Source of the DNA: Thermoplasmata archaeon
GTDB taxonomy: Archaea; Thermoplasmatota; Thermoplasmata; RBG-16-68-12; JAFNFQ01
Assembly: GCA_041489255.1 (NCBI GenBank)
Contig: JBGPQV010000001.1
Location: 110,606-174,605 of the forward strand
DNA: 64,000 bases
Direction of reading: 5' to 3'
Both the position numbers and the translations under genes were made by a program. Shown in pieces: positions 8,839 through 18,268 of this stretch (position 1 is its first letter; the number at the start of each line of letters is the position of its first letter). The notes beneath the pieces were generated by a model. The model did not search any database. It was not told the DNA's origin and worked only from the letters and a program-made list of their open reading frames with translations.

Positions 8839-10123
8839 CGTCAGACTCGTGGACTGCCTTCAGGTACCGCATGAGTGCGCGTTCCTCCGCCGTGAGTCCC
8901 TCTCCACTGATTTCCTCGTCCGCATATTCCGACAGCAACTTGATCTCCAGCGGGTTTCCTCTTGCGAGCCTGTATGCCTTGCTGAACTCCTGCTCGTCCA
9001 GTTGAGGCGCGATCCTGCGGCACGAGTCCCTGTCGAGACCGCGTAGCTGCAGCTCCTCGAGGAGCTGTTGACCCTTCATGCCCCGGCCCCAGTGCGGCAT
9101 CGTCCTGGCGGTGACCAATATCTGGTTTCCCGTGGCTGCCGCCGCCTCGATCAGGGCATGGGCCACATCCCCGACGTCCTCCAGTTCGCCGAGCAGGTCA
9201 TCGATCGCGAACAGGGCCCCGAGGTCGATCAGGGATGCTTCGAGCTTCTTCCCCAGTTCCTCGATCCCGTCATGCTCTTCGATTGTGAACTCGACCTTCC
9301 CCAGTTCGCGCAGGAAATCGGACAGGGCTCCGGCAAGCCTGTCCGCCGTCGTGGCAGGCTTGATGGAGAACCAGAAAACCGGCCTCCTGCCCTCGAGGGA
9401 GGCGACCGCTTGAAGCGCCAGGACCGTCTTCCCGATCCCTCTGGTCCCGGTGATGACCATGACCGGCGGTTTCTTCAGCTGCAGCCACGAGCGGACCTTC
9501 TTGAGTTCGTCGGCCCTGCCGTGGAACGGGGCCTCGGCGGGCGCTCCAATGATGTGGCTTACAGCCTCGACCTCCTTCTTCTTCGCCTTGGCTTTGAAGA
9601 CGTCGAGGACGTTGCGTTCGTCCAGCGCCGCCAGCATCGCCGTGTATGTCCTTGGCGGCAGGAGAAGCTTCCTTGCCTCGCCTGCGGGTAGCTCCCGCAA
9701 CCTCTGGCGGGAATCGCGAACCGAAACGAGAGTCTCGCCGATCCTGCCGTAGATGTTGTTCGCAACCGCCATCCCCTCCGCGGTGATGAGGTAGATCTTC
9801 TTGCGCCTGATTTCCCCCTTCACCCTCGCGGTGGCTTCCCTGATGAAGCCCTGCTTCTGAAGCGTCTTCGCCGCCCTGGAGACGTGGTTGACGAGGATGC
9901 CGAGGGCGTTCGCGATTCCGTCCTGCGTCATCGGCGCGGGGATGTCGATCGTGTGGCTGGCGGAACCGCTCTCCTTGAGGTGTAGGAGTATCCTCTCGTT
10001 CACCGTGAAGAGGCGCTTGTCAAGGCGAGATTCATCCCTGGCCATCTTGCTCAGGCTGTCGATGCGGCGTGCCGAATAAAAAGCTATCGCGCTAACTGCG
10101 CGTGCCGCGAATCTCTGGCTCAA
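8831..10123 (-). CDS. winged-helix DNA-binding domain fused to archaeal-type AAA ATPase
   Basis: N-terminal wHTH (GIANALGILVNHVSRAAKTLQKQGFI), Walker A GTRGIGKT, Walker B LFAIDDL. Arch_ATPase-like. Its start overlaps the stop of the upstream PKD gene by 4 nt. Confidence 0.65.
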   Translation of the reverse strand: MSQRFAARAVSAIAFYSARRIDSLSKMARDESRLDKRLFTVNERILLHLKESGSASHTIDIPAPMTQDGIANALGILVNHVSRAAKTLQKQGFIREATARVKGEIRRKKIYLITAEGMAVANNIYGRIGETLVSVRDSRQRLRELPAGEARKLLLPPRTYTAMLAALDERNVLDVFKAKAKKKEVEAVSHIIGAPAEAPFHGRADELKKVRSWLQLKKPPVMVITGTRGIGKTVLALQAVASLEGRRPVFWFSIKPATTADRLAGALSDFLRELGKVEFTIEEHDGIEELGKKLEASLIDLGALFAIDDLLGELEDVGDVAHALIEAAAATGNQILVTARTMPHWGRGMKGQQLLEELQLRGLDRDSCRRIAPQLDEQEFSKAYRLARGNPLEIKLLSEYADEEISGEGLTAEERALMRYLKAVHESDVR

Positions 10124-13100
10124 CCACCTATCGTAATCGTCAGCATCATTGTCGCAGAACCGCCATCGTCGTCCGTGACTGTCAGCATGATCGTGTACGT
10201 GCCGGCCACCCCGTAGACAAGGACCTGTTCATCCATCGCGGTCATCGGGTTGACATCGGGGCTGGGGTACGGATCCGGTCCGGCTCCATTGTTGTAGTAG
10301 ATTGACGTGAGTATCCTTCCGTCCCCGGAATCCCAGGTGAAGGTGAGGTCGTCGCTGCCCGGGTCTGTGGCGGTTCCCCTGAAGTGTATCCTCTGGTTGA
10401 CTGCGTAGATGTAGAGATGGTCGACGGTCCAGATCCACGTGTCAGGATGCTGGACGTTGAAGGTGTGGTGCAGCGACGTCTCCATTCCACTCTCCCAAGT
10501 GATGACGAGCCATGCTGGATTGGCTCCGTTTGGCTGGCCGTTGATCGGGTCGTCGTCCGGCGTGTAGTAGGCGACCGCGGAGAACTGCCTGCTGAGCGAT
10601 ATCTCCACGTCGTGCAGCGTCGCCATCTGTTCGTTCGGGCTGCCAGGATACCTGATGACCTGCACCCAGCCGACCTCCTGCCCGTCCTCGTAAAGCTTGA
10701 GGATGACGTCGTGCCACTTCTCTCCCGCGATCCTCAGGGTGATGTCCGCGAGCATGTAGGCCTCGGCATCCACTATCGTCGGCGGGACGTTGAGCACGGT
10801 GACCGCCGTCCAGTAGATTGGACCGCCGCCGGTCGTGTCGTCGTCATTGACCGATATCGTGATCGTGAAAACACCGTTATCTCCGTAGGTGTGCGAGACC
10901 GTATCGTTGACGCTGAATGGGAATATGCCGTCGGGGCTCTTCGCCGGGTCGGGTCCGACTCCGTCGTTGTAGTAGATGTGCTGGATCGTCGGTCCGTACT
11001 CGAACGTCCAGGTGAAGGTAAGGTCGTCGCTGCCAGGGTCGTTTGCGTTGGCGGTGATTTCCAGCGGCTGGCCCTCATACACCTCGAAGGGACCGACGCG
11101 TGAGATCGTCGGCAACACGTTGGTCACGTTGATCTCCGTCTGCCAGGACGCCGAGCCCCCATCGTCGTCCGTGACGGTGAGCGCGATCGTGTAGACCGCG
11201 TTGTCGCCATAGGTGTGGCTCGCAGCATCCGCGGCTGTGAACGGGAAGATTCCAGATGGGCTTTGCGACGGGTCTGGTCCGACGCCGTCGTTGTAGTAGA
11301 TGTGCTGGATCGCCGGGCCGAGCTCGAACACCCAGTCGAACGTGAGGTCGTCGCTTCCGGGGTCGGTCGCATTCGCCGCGACCTGGAGCAGGCTGCCCTC
11401 TTCCACGGCGAACGGACCGAACGGCGAGATCTCTGGCGGGAGGTTGGCGACCACGACCTGGCCCTGCCATGATGTCGAACCGCCGTCATCGTCCTTCACC
11501 GTCAACGTGGCGGTGTAGATACCGTTGTCTCCATACGGATGCGTGCCCGTGTCAGTGGCGGTGAATGGATGTGTGCCGCCCGGGCTGTTCGGCGGGTCCG
11601 GGCCCACTCCATTGTTGTAGTAGGTGTTGGAGTCTGACGACCCGTCACCCCACGTCCACGCGAACGTGAGGTCGTCGCTGCCCGGGTCTGTTGCGGTGGC
11701 GGTGAGGAGGACCGATTGGCCTTCGTCAATGTTGGTTCCGCCAGTGACCGACACCGTCGGCGGAAGATTGCCGGGCGTGGCGGTCACCCGCAACGTCGTC
11801 CCTTGGGCACCGCTGTCGTCGTCGGTGACGAACACGGTCACGGTGAACGCGCCATTGTCGCCGTACGTGTGGCTCTTGGCGTCTGTGACGTCTCTCGGAT
11901 GGATGTCGGGGCTCGGGAACGGGTCTGGGCTCGCACCGTTGTTGTAGTAGGTGGAGAATTCATCAGGAGCCCCGTAGCCCCAGGTCCACTTGAAGAGGAT
12001 GTCGTCGCTGCCTGGGTCCGTGACATGGGCCGAGAACGTGATCGGGGAACCTTCATCCTGTTGCGGAGTAGAAATGCTCACGGAACCGGAGGGAAGGACG
12101 TTGAAGACTGTGACGTTGGCGGTATCTGTGTCGTTGAGGTCGCCATCGCTGACCTGCAGCGCGGCGACACCAGAGTAGTCATCACCCCATGTGTAGGTCG
12201 CCATCGGACTCTGCGACCACTGCGTGTCCCAAGTGCCATCGTTCTGGAAGTCCCACCGGTACGTCAGGTTCGCCGGGCCGTTGTCGGGGTCGTAAGAGCC
12301 GCTCCCGTCGAATTTCACGGGCGTATCCTCGGCGACGGCGTACGGTCCGCCTGCTTCCGCCAACGGTGCGCGGTTGACGTGATAGATTTCGAGCAGGGGC
12401 TTCGCGCTGTGCGCGTCGTTGATGCCGTTATGGTTCGTGTCGACCGTAGCCCGCGGCAGCATCTCCCTTCCGGGCTTGAGCACGGGCAGAATCAACCGGT
12501 ACTTGAGCAGGACATGGTGATACGGGGACGGCTTGTTGATCGGCTTGTTGCCGACGTCTGCACCTGATATGGTCACTTTCCATGTTATCGTCGTGGTGCC
12601 ATCGGTATTATTGACAATTGAATCCGGCTGGGGGGTGAAGCTGTTCGGATTATAGGAATAGCCTTTTGGGACTGTTTCCTTGACCAGAGAATTCGTGGCT
12701 TTCACGAGGCTGCCGTCGCTGTAGCTGCTGTTGTAGACGCCCAGGTTTGTGACCGCGATCGTGATGTCCACCGTGTTCCCTGAGGTGTCCGGGATATTCT
12801 TGTACAACGGGGTCTTCCCAACGACCAGGGTCGGGTGCGTGTCCATATAATTCCACACGTCCGTCTGGGTGTTCTGGTCGTATCCTTGATTCCTCTGTGT
12901 CCAATTGTTGACCATGTCGGCCATGGCGAAAGGCAGGATTTCCCCGCCAAGGTGGATAAAGGGACCTGCCTGCACGACCTGGTTCGCTTCTGTGCACCAC
13001 CATTTCGGATCCGGCGCCATTCCGAAGATGACGGACAAGGCGTAGTTGTACGTGACCTGACCCCCCGTCGGAATGTTCCACTCCGAGAGGACTCCGTCTT

Positions 13101-13416
13101 GGGTCGTGGTGCCTCCTCCTGATTCCAGCGGATGGGGATTCAGCAACATGACTTTCTCATCCACAACTATCGGCACGGTTGCGTAGTTGGTGACTCGGTA
13201 ACCGCTCGGATCGAACATCGCGATTTCTACCTGCTGAATCGTTGCGAGATTCTTCGCATAGGCTTCCCAAAGGCTCATGGGACCAGCTGAAAGCGACGCA
13301 ACCTGAGACCCCTCAGAAAGCGCCGGAGTCGAATTCAGCCCGCCAACGGCCAGAATCGAGATAAACGCACTCAGAACTAGAGCAATCGCACTGCCAATTG
13401 ATAGCGCCTTAGACAC
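10120..13416 (-). CDS. secreted 1098-aa surface protein with at least five PKD-like repeats
   Basis: N-terminal signal/anchor MSKALSIGSAIALVLSAFISILAV. C-terminal half is built of repeated ~108-aa units of the form DPGSDDLTF.W...YYNDGVGPDP..SP.G.FPF...HTYGDNG.YT..L.V.DDDGG. Confidence 0.8.
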   Translation of the reverse strand: MSKALSIGSAIALVLSAFISILAVGGLNSTPALSEGSQVASLSAGPMSLWEAYAKNLATIQQVEIAMFDPSGYRVTNYATVPIVVDEKVMLLNPHPLESGGGTTTQDGVLSEWNIPTGGQVTYNYALSVIFGMAPDPKWWCTEANQVVQAGPFIHLGGEILPFAMADMVNNWTQRNQGYDQNTQTDVWNYMDTHPTLVVGKTPLYKNIPDTSGNTVDITIAVTNLGVYNSSYSDGSLVKATNSLVKETVPKGYSYNPNSFTPQPDSIVNNTDGTTTITWKVTISGADVGNKPINKPSPYHHVLLKYRLILPVLKPGREMLPRATVDTNHNGINDAHSAKPLLEIYHVNRAPLAEAGGPYAVAEDTPVKFDGSGSYDPDNGPANLTYRWDFQNDGTWDTQWSQSPMATYTWGDDYSGVAALQVSDGDLNDTDTANVTVFNVLPSGSVSISTPQQDEGSPITFSAHVTDPGSDDILFKWTWGYGAPDEFSTYYNNGASPDPFPSPDIHPRDVTDAKSHTYGDNGAFTVTVFVTDDDSGAQGTTLRVTATPGNLPPTVSVTGGTNIDEGQSVLLTATATDPGSDDLTFAWTWGDGSSDSNTYYNNGVGPDPPNSPGGTHPFTATDTGTHPYGDNGIYTATLTVKDDDGGSTSWQGQVVVANLPPEISPFGPFAVEEGSLLQVAANATDPGSDDLTFDWVFELGPAIQHIYYNDGVGPDPSQSPSGIFPFTAADAASHTYGDNAVYTIALTVTDDDGGSASWQTEINVTNVLPTISRVGPFEVYEGQPLEITANANDPGSDDLTFTWTFEYGPTIQHIYYNDGVGPDPAKSPDGIFPFSVNDTVSHTYGDNGVFTITISVNDDDTTGGGPIYWTAVTVLNVPPTIVDAEAYMLADITLRIAGEKWHDVILKLYEDGQEVGWVQVIRYPGSPNEQMATLHDVEISLSRQFSAVAYYTPDDDPINGQPNGANPAWLVITWESGMETSLHHTFNVQHPDTWIWTVDHLYIYAVNQRIHFRGTATDPGSDDLTFTWDSGDGRILTSIYYNNGAGPDPYPSPDVNPMTAMDEQVLVYGVAGTYTIMLTVTDDDGGSATMMLTITIGG
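10950..11950. repeat. tandem ~324-bp repeats (PKD-unit coding repeats)
   Basis: Reverse-strand shadow ORFs at 10976, 11300 and 11624 start with near-identical peptides (MCWIVGPYSN.., MCWIAGPSSN..), which gives a 324-nt period. Confidence 0.5.
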
Positions 13417-13485
13417 ACTATCCCCTCTTCTAATGCTTATGGAGCTGGCGCAGTATAAATTTTGTGCATGGAATCACGATTGATA

Positions 13486-13878
13486 CTACAGGCCGAGGAA
13501 AAGTCGGTATCCTGAGAGGCGAAGAGCCCCATCGACCAGTATGAGCGCTCCTACCGCAACCATCGAGACCACGGCCGAGATTGCCAGTCGCTCGCGTCCT
13601 CGCGATGATCGTCCGCCGATGAGGATATCCACCGCAAAGACTGCAAGAAATAGCAAAGGTGGGGCGAATAGGTCTGGCGTGAATAGCCGGAGAAGAATCA
13701 GCATGACCAGTGATGTGAGAGCGAGGCAAAATCCTCTCATCAGTGCGACCCACCATGGTTTCACTCCGAGCAGGTGCAAGGTCGCGGATTCAATGAGCCA
13801 GGTGAGCGCTATGGCCCCGAGAGCGCCTGCTGCCAACCTGGCGGTATCCGGCTCAATCATGCGGGACCACCAAGCCAT
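13486..13878 (-). CDS. hypothetical integral membrane protein
   Basis: 130 aa with 3-4 predicted TM helices. The overlapping + strand ORF is compositionally implausible. Confidence 0.4.
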   Translation of the reverse strand: MAWWSRMIEPDTARLAAGALGAIALTWLIESATLHLLGVKPWWVALMRGFCLALTSLVMLILLRLFTPDLFAPPLLFLAVFAVDILIGGRSSRGRERLAISAVVSMVAVGALILVDGALRLSGYRLFLGL

Positions 13879-14067
13879 AATCGGCCCTTAACTTTTCCGA
13901 CGTTGTCAAAAACCTAGGGATATTCGGGCTGAGACCTAATCTCAGCGAATGATCGTTCTCCATATGTGTAGGGCGGTCGATACGATTCCTGGCAGTTCTC
14001 ATCCCTGGAGATTTGACAACGCCAACTTTTCCGCAGAGTTCAAGTCGCCATCAGCGATGCACGAGGC

Positions 14068-15072
14068 GTGCTCGTCTTCCACCACGATTATCTCAAGCAC
14101 CTCCAGTCCCCGTGGCATGTCGAGTCCCCCGGTCGCCTCAAAGCGATCCTGATGAGCTTGAAAGCCCGCGGCTACCTGGATGATGCTCTCGAGCCAAAGG
14201 CGGTCGGGATGGAGGATCTCAAGAGGGTCCACACGCCTGAGTTACTGGAGCATCTCAAGGAATACGGGGAGGGGCCGCTGGACCCGGACACGACGATGCA
14301 CCCCGAAACCTGGGACATCGCCCGCCTGGCCGTTGGCGGGACCGTACTGGCTGCCGAAATGGCAGTCAAGGAGAAGCGGGGCTACATCGCCCTCGTGAGA
14401 CCGCCTGGCCATCATGCGGGCCCGGACTATCCTGGCGGATTCTGCTACCTGAACAACATAGCCGTCGCGGCGCACAGGCTGCTCGACAAGCTCGACCGCG
14501 TCGCGATTCTGGACTTCGACGTCCACCACGGCAACGGCACCAACGACATCTTCTATCGCAGTCCGCGAGTCCTCTACATTTCGACGCACCAGTACCGTAT
14601 CTTCCCTGGCACGGGACCAGCCGAGGCGATAGGCGAAGGCGACGGAGTTGGCTTCACCGTGAACATCCCTTTCGCCTCCGGATGCGGGGACTCGTCATTC
14701 CGGATGGCAACGAGGGAGGTCATAGAGCCGATAGTCAAGCAGTTCGCCCCCCAGGCGATTCTGGTCAGCCTCGGGACGGACGCTCACTACATGGATCCAC
14801 TGGCCTCGCTGACTCTTTCGTCACCCGGCTATTTCGAGATGATGGCGTCAGCCCTGAAGCTCGCCAAGGAGACTTGCGAAGGACGCCTCGCGATCACTCT
14901 GGAGGGCGGGTACAATCTCGAGGCGCTCGCGGAGGTCGTGACAGGGACGGAGGCTCTTCTGCGAGGCGACTCGCCGAACGTGGTCTTCACCGAAGTCCGC
15001 GACCCTGATTGCGCAGGCCGAAGAATAGTGCAGCTCGTGGAAGATATCCAGAGACGCCACTGGAAGCTATGA
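14068..15072 (+). CDS. histone deacetylase superfamily (AcuC/AphA-like) deacetylase
   Basis: RPPGHHA, DFDVHHGNGT and GGY motifs, 334 aa. Confidence 0.8.
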   Translation: MLVFHHDYLKHLQSPWHVESPGRLKAILMSLKARGYLDDALEPKAVGMEDLKRVHTPELLEHLKEYGEGPLDPDTTMHPETWDIARLAVGGTVLAAEMAVKEKRGYIALVRPPGHHAGPDYPGGFCYLNNIAVAAHRLLDKLDRVAILDFDVHHGNGTNDIFYRSPRVLYISTHQYRIFPGTGPAEAIGEGDGVGFTVNIPFASGCGDSSFRMATREVIEPIVKQFAPQAILVSLGTDAHYMDPLASLTLSSPGYFEMMASALKLAKETCEGRLAITLEGGYNLEALAEVVTGTEALLRGDSPNVVFTEVRDPDCAGRRIVQLVEDIQRRHWKL

Positions 15073-16206
15073 GAAGCCCCTCCGCCTCTCCGCGACCTTC
15101 CTGTCCTTCTCCTTCTTGATGCGGCTCTCAAGCTGGTCAAGCAGGCCCTCGAGCGCCGCGAACAAGTCCCAGTCGAAATGCCTGGCGTAGATCATCCCCG
15201 TGGTCGTCGCGAGGCGGCAGCGCAGCGACCATTTCGTCGTATCCCCATCCCCCTTGTAAGTGACGACGTGCACGCTGAATATCTTCGGCGTGACGATGCC
15301 GGCTATCCTCTTCATCCCCTTATGGATTATGTCGTACATCTGTTCATAGACATCCGGCTGCTCCTCGAGTCCGGATATCTGGACGAGCAGTTCCTTCCGC
15401 TCCTTGAATCCCGCAACGACCTCGAGCACATCCGCTTTCGTGACGAGACCGACCGGCTCGCTGTTCTCGGTCACGACTATCGAGGAAATCTCGTTCTGGA
15501 GCATGAGTTTCAGGGCTTGGCCGAGCTTCGCTTGCGGGCCGAGAGTGACAGGCGGCGACCGCATCAGGCTGGAAATCCTTACCCTCGCGGCGTCCTTCTC
15601 ACCGGTGAAATCGCCCCTCCTTTCCTTCTGCTTCGCAGATGCAAAGAAAGCGGTGAGATCTTTCAGCCCTATCACGCCGATCAAACGCCTCTCGTCGTCC
15701 ACGACCGGCACGGAGCGTTCGTGGAGGGAAGCCATGATTCGCCTCGCTTCGGTGACATCCGCCTCCCCATTGACGCAGAGGGGGGAGGAGCTCATAACGT
15801 CCTTGACCGGCACCGCATCGGCCTCCTCTGCCTGGGCCAGCGCGCGCGTTATGTCAGTCCTGGATATCAAGCCTACGAGGCGTTTCTTCTCCGTGACAGG
15901 CAGAGCCCTCAGATTGGCGCCCATCATTTTCTCTGCGACCGACGGCAAATCATCCTCCGGGGACACCTGCGGCGCCGAGCTGAGCACGCGGTCGGCCTTC
16001 GTGGTCGGGGGCATGTCCCGCCGCCGGGCTATCTCTGCGAGCGTCACCAAGCCGAGGAACTCGTTCTTCAGCACAATCGGTATCTCGTGAACATCCCTGG
16101 CCTTCATCAGCCCGATGATCTTGGAAAGCGACTCATCGGGAGTCGCTGTCGCAAGGTCCGTCGACATGAACTCCCGGACCTTGAGGTCCATCATCTTCGA
16201 CCGCTT
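15067..16206 (-). CDS. CBS-domain protein (four CBS motifs) with C-terminal ~110-aa domain of unknown function
   Basis: Four hV..M....V......V.......I...D repeats. Probable start MKRSKMMDLKVREFM at 16206; track ORF extends to 16266. Confidence 0.7.
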   Translation of the reverse strand, partial: KRSKMMDLKVREFMSTDLATATPDESLSKIIGLMKARDVHEIPIVLKNEFLGLVTLAEIARRRDMPPTTKADRVLSSAPQVSPEDDLPSVAEKMMGANLRALPVTEKKRLVGLISRTDITRALAQAEEADAVPVKDVMSSSPLCVNGEADVTEARRIMASLHERSVPVVDDERRLIGVIGLKDLTAFFASAKQKERRGDFTGEKDAARVRISSLMRSPPVTLGPQAKLGQALKLMLQNEISSIVVTENSEPVGLVTKADVLEVVAGFKERKELLVQISGLEEQPDVYEQMYDIIHKGMKRIAGIVTPKIFSVHVVTYKGDGDTTKWSLRCRLATTTGMIYARHFDWDLFAALEGLLDQLESRIKKEKDRKVAERRRGFS

Positions 16207-16283
16207 CATTTTCCGGCAACCTTGTGAAAGCCACAATCCGCGCTCCCATAATAACTTTATTCGCAATCGACCATGGCGGATTC

Positions 16284-16556
16284 GTGAAGGTCCGGGCGAC
16301 TGCCATCTTCCGAGGGAGGGTCCAGGGCGTCTTCTTCAGGGCAAACTGCGAGATGGAGGCAGAGAGGCTGGGACTCTCCGGATACGTGAGGAATCTCGCC
16401 AACGGAGATGTAGAGGCAATCTTCGAAGGGGAGAGGGGCCTGGTGGAAGAAGCGATCGAATGGAACAAGACCTCTCAGCCCAACGCCGTCGTCAGGGATA
16501 CGGAGATCGAATGGTCCGAGGCGACCGGCGAGTTCGAGGAGTTTGCGCGCCGATAG
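16284..16556 (+). CDS. acyP: acylphosphatase
   Basis: VQGVFFR and GYVRNLANGDVE signatures. ~90 aa from the GTG at 16284. Track ORF begins at 16224. Confidence 0.7.
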   Translation: MKVRATAIFRGRVQGVFFRANCEMEAERLGLSGYVRNLANGDVEAIFEGERGLVEEAIEWNKTSQPNAVVRDTEIEWSEATGEFEEFARR

Positions 16557-16562
16557 CCGGGT

Positions 16563-17408
16563 TCATCCGGTCTCGATACCATAGATGCGCCGAGGCCACT
16601 CTTCGTGGACCTCCTGCGCCATCTCCTCTGTCATGATGCCGCTCTGCATCAGCGCTTTCGTCCTTTTTGGAACCGTGGCGGGACCGAGGACCGCTCCCGG
16701 CCTCTTGAGGTCGTCGATGTAGTCAGTCTCCATGAAGAACCTCCCGCCATTCTCGATTGCCTTCCTCACGGGTTCCTCCTTCGCGAGGATGCTTGGCATG
16801 ATTCCGTGATTCTCCTCCGGCCGCACGAGTGGGGGCGAGAAATGCTTGACGACCTTCTCCCTCGGCAATCCTACGGAGTCAGCCATCTTCGCGAACTCCT
16901 CGCATGTGGCGGGAGTCGCGCTCTCCGAGTGTATCACGACCGGACATCCGTTCTCCTTCGCCACCTCCATCCCGTGCAGGAGGATCCCGTTGCACGCTTC
17001 GACGATGTCCCTGTCCGTCGGGAAATGGGGCCGCCCTATCTCCCCTATGGCGGTGACCTCGCCGTTTGAAACGAGCCGGCCAACGAGGTCCATCGCCTCA
17101 TTCTGCACCGCCACGGCAATTTCCAGACCAAGCGTATCCTTGAGGCGAATGAGTTCGACCGGATACGGACCGACCGCCACGTACACCTTCAGCTTGGTTG
17201 CTCCCCGGACGACGTTCGCAAGGTCAAGGGTCCTTCTGAACGCCGTGTCATAGTCTCGAGCCGAAGTGAGGGGCATGTCGTGAGGCGGAATGTGAGTAAG
17301 CATCAGTGCGGTTCCGCCAGCCTTCTCGAACAGCTTTGCGGCCTCCACGCCCATTCCCGTCGGACTTAGATGCATGTGGTTATCGTAGATTCTCATCTTT
17401 CCCGCCAT
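16563..17408 (-). CDS. TatD-related TIM-barrel metal-dependent hydrolase (COG1099-like)
   Basis: N-terminal DNHMHL metal-binding motif and a conserved HSE later. 281 aa. Confidence 0.75.
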   Translation of the reverse strand: MAGKMRIYDNHMHLSPTGMGVEAAKLFEKAGGTALMLTHIPPHDMPLTSARDYDTAFRRTLDLANVVRGATKLKVYVAVGPYPVELIRLKDTLGLEIAVAVQNEAMDLVGRLVSNGEVTAIGEIGRPHFPTDRDIVEACNGILLHGMEVAKENGCPVVIHSESATPATCEEFAKMADSVGLPREKVVKHFSPPLVRPEENHGIMPSILAKEEPVRKAIENGGRFFMETDYIDDLKRPGAVLGPATVPKRTKALMQSGIMTEEMAQEVHEEWPRRIYGIETG

Positions 17409-17481
17409 GCTGATGCGGCATGAACCGACCAGAGATTGCCGCCGATCGATGCTGGATTAGTGCTGCGACGCTTGACCGCGT

Positions 17482-18057
17482 CTATCTCAGCAGCCCCGCC
17501 GCCTTGAGTTCCTGCGTGATCTTTTCGACCGCCTGCTCGACATCAGACGGCTTCTTCGCGCCGGTGCAGACCAGCTTGCCGCTGCCGAAGAGGAGGACGA
17601 CGACCTTCGGCTCGTCAAGGCGGTAGACCAGGCCGGGGAACTGCTCGGGCTCGTACTCCACCTTCTCCAAGCCCAGGCTTATCGCGATCGCGTTGAGGTT
17701 GATCTCCGTTCCGAGGTCGCTCGACGCGACGATGTTCTGGACCGTGATGTCCGGGTGCTTCTTGATCTGGATTCCGGCAGCCTCGATCTGCTTGCCTACG
17801 GTCTCTATTGCGAGCTTGACAGCTTCCAGGCTCTTCGCCCCGGTGCAGACGACCTTCCCGCTCCTGAACAGGAGCGTGGCTGTCTTCGGTTCCTTAAGAC
17901 GATATATGAGCCCCGGGAACTGCTCGGGCTCATACTCAGCACCGCCAAGGGCCAACGCTATCGCCTGCAGGTCAAGCTCCCCTCCGAGTGAGGTCGATGC
18001 CACGACATTTTCGATCTTTATCTTCGCCAACGCTATTCCTCCATAGGGCTTGTGCAC
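17482..18057 (-). CDS. tbp: TATA-box-binding protein
   Basis: Two direct repeats with IENVVAS...LEYEPEQFPGLIYRL and IVASSDL...VEYEPEQFPGLVYRL. 191 aa. Confidence 0.9.
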   Translation of the reverse strand: MHKPYGGIALAKIKIENVVASTSLGGELDLQAIALALGGAEYEPEQFPGLIYRLKEPKTATLLFRSGKVVCTGAKSLEAVKLAIETVGKQIEAAGIQIKKHPDITVQNIVASSDLGTEINLNAIAISLGLEKVEYEPEQFPGLVYRLDEPKVVVLLFGSGKLVCTGAKKPSDVEQAVEKITQELKAAGLLR

Positions 18058-18268
18058 GGATGCGCTTTTTCCGCTCCCCGCCTGTGCGTCATTTAAATAG
18101 GTCTTTATAAACCTTCCTCTGGAAGAGAGGGGTCTCGGCCTTCACTAATCCACGCGCTGGCACTGCCCTGACGGCTCCGTGGAAGCCTTCACAGCGGCTG
18201 GAAATCGAAGAAATGAAAATGAAAAGGTGGAGAAGGTTGGCACCTTCTCCTTCAGCTGTTTTCCATGC

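Noticed and set aside
15178-16227. 349-aa + strand ORF
   Set aside because: Antisense to the four-CBS gene. Biased composition (R/H/P/L).
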